DNA of 38,990 bases from Burkholderiales bacterium (lineage in GTDB: Bacteria; Pseudomonadota; Gammaproteobacteria; Burkholderiales; SG8-39), in NCBI GenBank assembly GCA_036277655.1, contig DASUMM010000278.1, positions 1 to 38,990 of the forward strand, written 5' to 3'. The notes beneath the pieces were generated by a model that ran no database searches, was not told where the DNA came from, and saw nothing but the letters and a program-made list of their open reading frames with translations. Both the position numbers and the translations under genes were made by a program. The first letter of the stretch is position 1, and every line of letters begins with the position of its first letter. Below are positions 32,552 to 38,990 of this stretch, one piece after another.

Positions 32552-33883
32552 TCACCCTTTCAGTACCTGCTCGAGCAGATGGTAGTCCCGGTTCAGGGCC
32601 TGATCCTTGGTGCGAAGCATCGCGATGGTGCGGCTGGCGTGAAGCACGGTCGTGTGATCGCGATTGCCGAACGCCTCGCCAATCTCCGGAAGGCTGAGTT
32701 GCGTGAGGTCGCGCGCTAGCGCCATTGCGACTTGGCGCGGCCGCGCGACATTGCGCGTGCGCTTCTTCGAATGCATGTCGGAGAGCTTGATCTTGAAATA
32801 CTCGGCGACCGTCTTCTGGATGCCGTCGACCGTGATTTGCCGGTTGGCGCTCAGGATGTCGCGCAGTGCTTCGCGCGCAAGGTCGACCGTCAGATCGCGA
32901 GAGTAAAAGCGTGCATAGGCGAGCACCTTCTTCAGCGCTCCCTCGAGCTCGCGTACATTCGATCGAACGTGCTTGGCGATGAAGAAGGCCACGTCCTCGT
33001 TCGGCACCGCGCCTTCGACTTCCGCCTTCTTGAGCAGGATCGCCACCCGCATCTCCAGCTCGGGAGGCTCGATGGCCACGGTCAACCCCCAGCCGAAACG
33101 GGAGATCAGCCGCTCCTGCATGCCGACGATTTCCTTCGGATAGGTGTCGCAGCTGATGACGATCTGACGATGCGCTTCGACCAATGCGTTGAACGCGTAA
33201 AAGAACTGCTCCTGCGTCCCATCCTTGTTCGAGAAGAACTGGATGTCGTCGATCAGCAGCAGGTCGAGCGAGTGGTAATAGCGCTTGAATTCGTCGAACG
33301 ATTTCTGCTGGTACGCACGCACGACGTCCGTGACGTACTGCTCTGCGTGGGTATAGCGCACCCGCGCTTGCTCACGCATCGAGGCGACATGGTTGCCGAT
33401 CGCCTGCAGAAGATGGGTCTTGCCAAGACCCACCCCGCCATAAATGAATAGAGGGTTGTAGGACAGGCCCGGGTTTTCGGCGACCTGGATTGCAGCGGCG
33501 CGGGCGAGCTGGTTCGCCTTCCCGGTGACGAAGCTGTCGAAGGTGAAATTGCGATTGAGGCGAGCGCGGTCCAGCGGTGGCGGCGAGGCGGCGGCGGGCG
33601 AGGGTGCTGGCGATGCCGATCGAACCGGGGTGGCAGCCCGTGGCGCAAGCACGAAACGCACCTCGAGCTCGCGGCCAGTCGCCTCGGCGGCGAGTCGTCC
33701 GATGCGAGCGGCAAATCGCTCGCGCACCAGATCGAGAACGAAGCGATTCGGCGCGGCGAGCACGAGCGCGTTTGAATCCGGCACGCTTTCCTCGGCAGAG
33801 AGCGGTCGGATCCACGTGTTGAATTGCTGACTCGGAAGCTCGGTTTCCAGCCGGCGCAGGCAGACGTCCCAGAGGCTTTGCAT
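32552..33883 (-). CDS. dnaA: chromosomal replication initiator protein DnaA
   Basis: Track ORF 32552..34528, trimmed by 215 codons to [28 protein letters not shown] (ATG at 33883..33881). Walker A is [15 protein letters not shown]. The C-terminal DNA-binding domain reads ...[12 protein letters not shown]. The extended frame would run antisense through rpmH and rnpA. Confidence 0.95.
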   Translation of the reverse strand: MQSLWDVCLRRLETELPSQQFNTWIRPLSAEESVPDSNALVLAAPNRFVLDLVRERFAARIGRLAAEATGRELEVRFVLAPRAATPVRSASPAPSPAAASPPPLDRARLNRNFTFDSFVTGKANQLARAAAIQVAENPGLSYNPLFIYGGVGLGKTHLLQAIGNHVASMREQARVRYTHAEQYVTDVVRAYQQKSFDEFKRYYHSLDLLLIDDIQFFSNKDGTQEQFFYAFNALVEAHRQIVISCDTYPKEIVGMQERLISRFGWGLTVAIEPPELEMRVAILLKKAEVEGAVPNEDVAFFIAKHVRSNVRELEGALKKVLAYARFYSRDLTVDLAREALRDILSANRQITVDGIQKTVAEYFKIKLSDMHSKKRTRNVARPRQVAMALARDLTQLSLPEIGEAFGNRDHTTVLHASRTIAMLRTKDQALNRDYHLLEQVLKG

Positions 33884-33950
33884 CGTTGTGGCGGTTCGTG
33901 TCCTCCGGCGCGGCTCGGACTGGCGATTTTTTCCGCCGCGGAAGGACGAA

Positions 33951-33979
33951 ATTTTACCCGTTCCGCAGACGTCCATCCA
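33951..33979 (-). promoter_or_regulatory. candidate dnaA promoter (-10 TAAAAT, weak -35 TGGATG)
   Basis: Read on the minus strand: -10 TAAAAT (33956..33951), a 17-nt spacer and -35 TGGATG (33979..33974). The -35 hexamer overlaps a DnaA-box-like 9-mer. Motif match only. Confidence 0.35.
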
Positions 33980-33981
33980 CA
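33973..33981. promoter_or_regulatory. DnaA-box-like 9-mer CCATCCACA (7/9 to TTATCCACA)
   Basis: This is the only 9-mer in the rpmH-dnaA spacer that I could align to the DnaA box consensus. It overlaps the putative dnaA -35 hexamer, which is compatible with autoregulation. Confidence 0.35.
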
Positions 33982-34006
33982 CAACCTGACGCAGAAAAAT
34001 CGAGAT

Positions 34007-34036
34007 TTGACAATGCTCAGCGCTGCGCGCTCTAAT
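34007..34036 (+). promoter_or_regulatory. candidate sigma70 promoter for rpmH-rnpA-yidD-yidC-mnmE
   Basis: A perfect -35 hexamer TTGACA (34007-34012) is followed by an 18-nt spacer and the -10 hexamer TCTAAT (34031-34036). The element lies about 27 nt upstream of the rpmH ATG. Confidence 0.5.
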
Positions 34037-34062
34037 ACCGCCCTTTTTCCGGGCAGCGCCGC

Positions 34063-34197
34063 ATGAAACGAACCTACCAGCCCTCGAAAACGCGCCGCAC
34101 GCGACGCCATGGGTTTCGCGTGCGAAGCAGCACACCCGGCGGCCGGGCGGTGCTTCGCGCGAGACGCGCCAAGGGCCGCAAGCGTCTCGCCGTCTAA
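34063..34197 (+). CDS. rpmH: 50S ribosomal protein L34
   Basis: Not in the ORF track because it is below the size cutoff. It translates to [44 protein letters not shown], a canonical L34 sequence of 44 aa. Confidence 0.95.
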   Translation: MKRTYQPSKTRRTRRHGFRVRSSTPGGRAVLRARRAKGRKRLAV

Positions 34198-34210
34198 GCG
34201 CTCGCGCGGC

Positions 34211-34552
34211 GTGCTCCGCCGGTGGGGGCTTGGCGCCGACCAGCGTATTCGCCGCAGTCTTGAATTCGAGCGACTGCTTGGCGCGGGAATCCGGCGAAGT
34301 GCGTCCGGTTTCACGTTCTACCTTGAACGGCGGGCCGCAGGCGTCCCGCGGCTCGGGGTGCTGGTCTCGCGCAGACATTCGCCCAAAGCCGTGCGGCGCA
34401 ATGCGCTCAAACGCAGCGTGCGGGAAGCGTTTCGGCTCGAGCAGGAGCGGCTCGGGCCGGTGGACATCCTCGTGCGGCCGCCGTACGGCGCGGTGCCGGG
34501 ACGGCAGATGATCGAAACGCTGAGGCAACTTCTTGTGACGGTGGCGAAATGA
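34211..34552 (+). CDS. rnpA: ribonuclease P protein component
   Basis: This is the frame of track ORF 34109..34552. The ATG at 34109 lies inside rpmH, so I use the first in-frame start after the rpmH stop (GTG at 34211). The RnpA-typical basic core is [12 protein letters not shown]...[24 protein letters not shown]. The start position is uncertain. Confidence 0.78.
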   Translation: MLRRWGLGADQRIRRSLEFERLLGAGIRRSASGFTFYLERRAAGVPRLGVLVSRRHSPKAVRRNALKRSVREAFRLEQERLGPVDILVRPPYGAVPGRQMIETLRQLLVTVAK

Positions 34553-34806
34553 ATGCAGCGCTGCGCGGCCTGTTTCGCGGCTATAGAGTTTTGATCAGCC
34601 CGATGCTCGGCCCCAGCTGCCGTTTCGCGCCGAGTTGCTCCGAGTATGCGGAGCAAGCGCTCGAGACGCATGGAGCGTGGAAAGGGAGCTGGCTGGCTGT
34701 CGGCCGGCTGTGCCGGTGCGGCCCGTGGCATCCCGGCGGGTATGACCCTGTGCCAGGCGTCGCGGCCGAATCGGTGGATTTGAGTCCATGGACACCCAGC
34801 GACTGA
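34549..34806 (+). CDS. yidD: membrane protein insertion efficiency factor YidD
   Basis: 85 aa, [27 protein letters not shown]...[15 protein letters not shown]. The ATG overlaps the rnpA stop (ATGA at 34549-34552). The 3' end overlaps yidC by 19 nt. Confidence 0.9.
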   Translation: MNAALRGLFRGYRVLISPMLGPSCRFAPSCSEYAEQALETHGAWKGSWLAVGRLCRCGPWHPGGYDPVPGVAAESVDLSPWTPSD

Positions 34807-36470
34807 TTCTTTTTTTCGTGTTCAGCTTTTCGTTGCTGCTGCTTTGGGAAGCATGGCAGAGGGAGCATCGCCCGCAAGCACCGGCTGCCAGCGCGCCGGC
34901 ACCGGCAGGGATACCGGCGCCCGCGAAGCCGGCCACACCCTCCGGCGCGGCTGCCGCGCCCGTGGCCCCAGGTGCTTCGACCGTTCCGCTCGCCGGGCCG
35001 GCGATCGGCAAGAGCGAACGGGTGCGCGTTCGCACGGATCTCCTCGTTGCCGAAATCGACACGCTTGGCGCCACGATCAAGCGGCTGGAATTGTCGCGCC
35101 ACAAGGCGAGCAAAGGCGAGACGGACAATTTCGTGCTGCTGAGCGAAGCGCATCGGTTCGAAGCGCAAAGTGGGCTGGCGGGCGAATCCGGCGCCAATCA
35201 CCGGGTTCTTTGGTCCACCGAGCCGGGCGAGCGAACGCTGGAAGCAGGCAAGGATTCGGTCGAAGTGCGGTTTACCGTGCGCGCCGGAACGCTCGAGGTC
35301 GCGAAGATCTATACGTTCCGGCGCGATAGTTATGTGATCGATGTCGCTCTCGAGGTCAAGAACGATGGCGCTGCCGCCGTTGCGCCGTTTGCATATTTCC
35401 AGATGACGCACGACGGCCAGCAGGAGCAGCACGGCAATTCGGTCGCAGACACGTTCGGCGCCCAGAGCTTCTTTGGCTACGCGGTGTTCACCGACGCGAA
35501 GAAATTTCAGAAGGTCGCACTGTCGGACATCGACAAAGGCAAGGCGGAGTACGTTCGGCAGTCGAAGGACGGCTGGATGGGCTTCATTCAGCACTATTTC
35601 GTTGCGGCGTGGCTTCCCCCCGCCTCCCAGGAGCGCGAGTACGTCATCGAGCGCCGCAACGACCCGGCCAACCCCGAAAAAATTCTCTATGCCGCACGCG
35701 TCATGTTGCCGATGCACGTCGCTCCCGGCGCCACCGCTCGCGTTTCCACCCCGCTCTACGCAGGCCCGCAGGAGCAGCGCCGGCTGTCGGCCGCCGCCCC
35801 CGGCCTCGACTATGCCGTGGACTATGGCTGGCTATCGATCATCGCCTGGCCGCTTTTCTGGGTGCTCGAGCAGTTCCATGCGCTGACCGGCAACTGGGGA
35901 GTTGCCATCATCCTGCTGACGATCCTGATCAAGGTGGTGTTTTTCCCCCTGTCGGCAGCGAGCTATAAGTCGATGGCCAAGATGAAGCTGATCACGCCGC
36001 GGCTGACGAAGATTCGTGAGATGTACGGGCAAGACCGCGAAAAGATGAACCGCGCCATGATGGAGCTCTACAAGACCGAGAAGATCAATCCGCTCGGGGG
36101 CTGCTTTCCGATCCTGGTGCAGATTCCGGTTTTCATTGCGTTGTACTGGGTGTTGCTCGCTGCGATCGAGTTACGGCACGCGCCCTTCATCCTGTGGATC
36201 AAGGATCTTTCCGCGCTGGATCCCTATTACGTGCTCCCGATCCTGATGACGGTCACCATGGTGATTCAGACGAAGATGAACCCCGTGCCGCCCGATCCCG
36301 TTCAGGCGCAGGTGATGAAGTTCATGCCGTACATCTTCAGCATCTTTTTCTTCTTCTTCCCGGCCGGCCTCGTTCTCTACTGGCTGGTGAACAACATCCT
36401 GTCGATCCTGCAGCAGTGGCAGATCCAGCGCATGTTCGACCGGGACAAGCCCGCGCATGCAAAGCGATGA
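34788..36470 (+). CDS. yidC: membrane protein insertase YidC
   Basis: 560 aa, [23 protein letters not shown], with a large periplasmic domain. The conserved C-terminal core is ...[19 protein letters not shown]... Confidence 0.95.
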   Translation: MDTQRLILFFVFSFSLLLLWEAWQREHRPQAPAASAPAPAGIPAPAKPATPSGAAAAPVAPGASTVPLAGPAIGKSERVRVRTDLLVAEIDTLGATIKRLELSRHKASKGETDNFVLLSEAHRFEAQSGLAGESGANHRVLWSTEPGERTLEAGKDSVEVRFTVRAGTLEVAKIYTFRRDSYVIDVALEVKNDGAAAVAPFAYFQMTHDGQQEQHGNSVADTFGAQSFFGYAVFTDAKKFQKVALSDIDKGKAEYVRQSKDGWMGFIQHYFVAAWLPPASQEREYVIERRNDPANPEKILYAARVMLPMHVAPGATARVSTPLYAGPQEQRRLSAAAPGLDYAVDYGWLSIIAWPLFWVLEQFHALTGNWGVAIILLTILIKVVFFPLSAASYKSMAKMKLITPRLTKIREMYGQDREKMNRAMMELYKTEKINPLGGCFPILVQIPVFIALYWVLLAAIELRHAPFILWIKDLSALDPYYVLPILMTVTMVIQTKMNPVPPDPVQAQVMKFMPYIFSIFFFFFPAGLVLYWLVNNILSILQQWQIQRMFDRDKPAHAKR

Positions 36471-37809
36471 GCCGGCCCCCGATACCATTGCGTCGGTAGC
36501 CACGCCGCCCGGCCGCGGCGGCATCGGAATCGTCCGTGTCTCGGGTACGGCGGTCAGGTCGATCGCGAAGGCCGTGCTGGGGTCCGTGCCGCGGGAGAGG
36601 CGTGCGACGAGGGCGGCGGCTCGAGACGCAAGCGGCGTCCTCCTCGATGAAGGAATCGCGCTTTACTTCGCCGCTCCTCGCTCCTACACCGGCGAAGACG
36701 TGCTCGAATTCCACGGACATGGCGGACCGGTCGTGCTGCACTCGGTGCTTGCAGCATTTGTCGATGCGGGTGCGCGGCTGGCCCAGCCTGGGGAATACAC
36801 GCGGCGCGCGTTTCTCAACGGGCGGCTGGATCTCGCGCAGGCCGAGGCCGTCGCTGACCTGATCGAGGCGTCGAGCGCCGAGGCGGCGCGCTCTGCGCTG
36901 CGATCGCTCTCCGGCGAATTTTCGCGGGCAATCGAGGCGCTCGTGTCCTCGCTCACGGAGCTGAGGGCGCTTACCGAGGCGATGCTGGATTTTCCCGAGG
37001 AGGAGTTGGAGACGCTGCATCGGGACGATGCGAGCGTCAGATTGCAGCGAATTCAGGCAGATCTCTCGCGCATCCTCGCGCGCAGCAAGCAGGGAAGCCT
37101 GCTCCGCGAAGGGATTCATGTCGTGATCGCGGGCAGGCCGAACGTCGGCAAGTCCAGTCTGCTCAATCGGCTCGCCGGCGAAGATCGTGCCATCGTCACG
37201 GCAATGCCCGGCACCACCAGAGACCTGCTGCGCGAAGACATCTTGATCGAGGGTGTGCCGCTGCGCGTGGTCGATACCGCCGGGCTGCGCGACGCGGCCG
37301 ACGAAGTGGAACGAATCGGCATCGAGCGGGCTTGGCAGGAGGTGGCACGCGCCGACGTGCTCGTTGCGATCTTCGAGGCGGGCGTTGACATCGGGGCGGA
37401 AGAGCATGGTTTGTTGCAGCGGTTCGAGCGAGCCGTGCCCGAAGGTGCCGCACGAGTACGCGTGCTGAACAAGATCGACCTCACTGACCGGCCGCCGGCC
37501 AGGAGCGGAATGGATATCTGGCTTTCGGCGAAGACTGGCGAGGGCATGGAACTTCTCCGCGAGGCGTTGCTCGAATCGGCAGGATGGAAGCGCAACGGCG
37601 AGTCTTCGTTTCTCGCCAGGGAACGGCATCTGCGCGCGCTCAGCCGGGCGCTGGAGCACCTCGATGCTGCCGCAAGACAATCCGCGCGCTGGGAGTTGTT
37701 CGCGGAAGAGTTGCGGCTAGCGCAGAGCGCGCTCGGCGAAATTACCGGCCAAGTGACCTCCGACGAGCTCCTCGGCAGCATCTTCGCCCGTTTCTGCATC
37801 GGGAAGTGA
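36457..37809 (+). CDS. mnmE: tRNA modification GTPase MnmE (TrmE)
   Basis: 450 aa with DTIASVATPPGRGGIGIVRVSG, G1 motif GRPNVGKSSLLN and G3 motif DTAGLR. The C-terminus is FCIGK. It overlaps yidC by 14 nt. Confidence 0.95.
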   Translation: MQSDEPAPDTIASVATPPGRGGIGIVRVSGTAVRSIAKAVLGSVPRERRATRAAARDASGVLLDEGIALYFAAPRSYTGEDVLEFHGHGGPVVLHSVLAAFVDAGARLAQPGEYTRRAFLNGRLDLAQAEAVADLIEASSAEAARSALRSLSGEFSRAIEALVSSLTELRALTEAMLDFPEEELETLHRDDASVRLQRIQADLSRILARSKQGSLLREGIHVVIAGRPNVGKSSLLNRLAGEDRAIVTAMPGTTRDLLREDILIEGVPLRVVDTAGLRDAADEVERIGIERAWQEVARADVLVAIFEAGVDIGAEEHGLLQRFERAVPEGAARVRVLNKIDLTDRPPARSGMDIWLSAKTGEGMELLREALLESAGWKRNGESSFLARERHLRALSRALEHLDAAARQSARWELFAEELRLAQSALGEITGQVTSDELLGSIFARFCIGK

Positions 37810-37964
37810 ACCGCGTCGCTTGACGTAAGTGGCTGAAGAAAAAAAGAACTATTCGGTCCAGGCAGCGCATTTCGCGCCACCAGAGGCCCGGTTTAGAATG
37901 TGCCATCGAAAGATCGCCCGGCCCGGCGTTCGCCAGGACCGTTCCTCTCTGGGAGCATGCTTCG

Positions 37965-38990
37965 ATGAATGAGCCGCATCAACCGTCCGCGTTCACTGCG
38001 CCGGAATGGGTACGAAACCAGAAGCTTCGCGATTGGGTGGCGTCCATCGCGAACCGCACCAAGCCTGCACGCATCGTATGGTGTGACGGAAGCCAGGCCG
38101 AGTACGACCGTCTTTGCGCCGAGCTTGTGCAAAGCGGCACGCTGTTGCGCCTGAATGAAAAGCTGCGCCCCGGAAGCTACTTGGCTCGCTCGCATCCGAG
38201 CGACGTAGCGCGGATGGAGGATCGAACGTTCATCTGCTCCGCGCGCAAGGAAGACGCCGGCCCGACCAACAACTGGATGGATCCCCGCGAAATGCGGGCG
38301 AACCTCGAGCGTTTGTTCGACGGGTGCATGCGCGGGCGCACCATGTATGTGCTGCCGTTCTCGATGGGTCCGATTGGCTCGCCGATTGCGCATATCGGGG
38401 TCGAGATCACCGACTCGGCGTACGTTGCCGTCAGCATGAAGCTGATGACGCGGATGGGCCGGGCGGTCGCAGAGCATCTCGGCTCCGACGGCACATTCGT
38501 GCCTTGCGTGCACTCGGTCGGGGCGCCGCTCGCAGCGGGAGAGAAGGACGTTCCCTGGCCGTGCAATGAAACGGAAAAATGGATCGTGCATTTTCCGGAA
38601 GCGCGTGAAATCTGGTCCTACGGATCTGGCTATGGCGGCAATGCGTTGCTGGGAAAGAAGTGCCTGGCCTTGCGCATCGCCTCCGTCATGGCGCGCGACG
38701 AAGGATGGCTTGCCGAGCACATGCTGATTCTCGGCGTGGAATCGCCGCAGAAGGAAAAGCATTACATCGCAGCGGCTTTTCCGAGCGCCTGCGGCAAGAC
38801 GAACTTCGCGATGATGATTCCTCCGGCGAGCTTTCCAGGCTGGAAGGTCACCACCATCGGCGAAGACATCGCGTGGATCAAACCGGGACCGGACGGACGC
38901 TTGCGAGCGATCAACCCCGAGGCGGGGCTGTTCGGCGTCGCGCCAGGGACGTCAATGGCGACCAATCCGAACGCGATGCGCATGCTGCAA
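37965..38990 (+). CDS. pckG: phosphoenolpyruvate carboxykinase (GTP), 3' end cut by the window edge
   Basis: Not in the ORF track because there is no stop codon inside the window. My own translation from the ATG at 37965 gives [25 protein letters not shown]...[21 protein letters not shown]...[22 protein letters not shown]...[13 protein letters not shown]...[10 protein letters not shown]. It is open for 342 codons to the window end. The motifs are diagnostic for GTP-dependent PEPCK. Confidence 0.92.
   Translation, partial: MNEPHQPSAFTAPEWVRNQKLRDWVASIANRTKPARIVWCDGSQAEYDRLCAELVQSGTLLRLNEKLRPGSYLARSHPSDVARMEDRTFICSARKEDAGPTNNWMDPREMRANLERLFDGCMRGRTMYVLPFSMGPIGSPIAHIGVEITDSAYVAVSMKLMTRMGRAVAEHLGSDGTFVPCVHSVGAPLAAGEKDVPWPCNETEKWIVHFPEAREIWSYGSGYGGNALLGKKCLALRIASVMARDEGWLAEHMLILGVESPQKEKHYIAAAFPSACGKTNFAMMIPPASFPGWKVTTIGEDIAWIKPGPDGRLRAINPEAGLFGVAPGTSMATNPNAMRMLQ

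Noticed and set aside
33884-34528. A 215-codon N-terminal extension of dnaA in the ORF track (658 aa in total)
   Set aside because: The extension has no DnaA-like sequence and runs antisense through rpmH and rnpA. The canonical DnaA N-terminus [13 protein letters not shown] begins at 33883.
37898-37972. A 24-codon upstream ORF ([24 protein letters not shown]) that ends 8 nt inside pckG
   Set aside because: It has no Shine-Dalgarno sequence. Its ATG overlaps the best -10-like hexamer (TAGAAT at 37894-37899), so it may not even be transcribed. There is nothing to support it beyond being an open frame.

Overview
This is a GC-rich chromosomal window (roughly 65% GC by eye, not computed) with betaproteobacterial-type synteny. 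It spans the replication-initiation cluster: gyrB-dnaN-dnaA on the minus strand, divergent from rpmH-rnpA-yidD-yidC-mnmE on the plus strand.

Coding density is very high. I call 36 CDS, and the largest non-coding gaps are only about 150-230 bp. Nearly every gene belongs to a recognisable conserved family.

Gene content from left to right:
- ubiK-comM-apaH-HIT operon (minus strand).
- A seven-gene aromatic-acid operon (plus strand): benzoate-CoA-ligase-family enzyme, small FAH-family hydrolase, GST-zeta isomerase, pcaIJ, pcaHG.
- Thioesterase and rhodanese (minus strand).
- metH and a tiny bTHX ribosomal protein gene.
- trkH-trkA, ntrX/ntrY-like two-component system, DUF4390, rsmB, fmt, def (all minus strand).
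- LysM protein, dprA, topoisomerase III (plus strand).
- The dnaA region, then a 3'-truncated GTP-dependent PEP carboxykinase.

Three real genes are absent from the supplied ORF track: rpmH (44 aa), bTHX (32 aa) and pckG (runs off the window end). Several track ORFs are N-terminally over-extended, namely dnaA, dnaN, metH, topB, the HIT gene, ubiK and the thioesterase. Many long track ORFs are antisense shadow frames typical of high-GC DNA.

Six gene junctions are ATGA/GTGA overlaps, which suggests translational coupling. Four convergent junctions have spacers of 7 bp or less, or overlap.

I saw no tRNA, rRNA, CRISPR array, transposase, integrase, phage gene or defence-like gene. I do not find convincing evidence for an undescribed multi-gene system; this looks like core genome.

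The observations most worth a second look:
1. An NtrX-like regulator whose sigma54-type AAA+ module has lost all catalytic motifs.
2. The mosaic aromatic operon, which joins fragments of different ring-cleavage pathways.
3. The unusually small and DnaA-box-poor spacers around dnaA, which leave the position of oriC open.
4. The stop-codon-overlapping convergent topB/gyrB pair.
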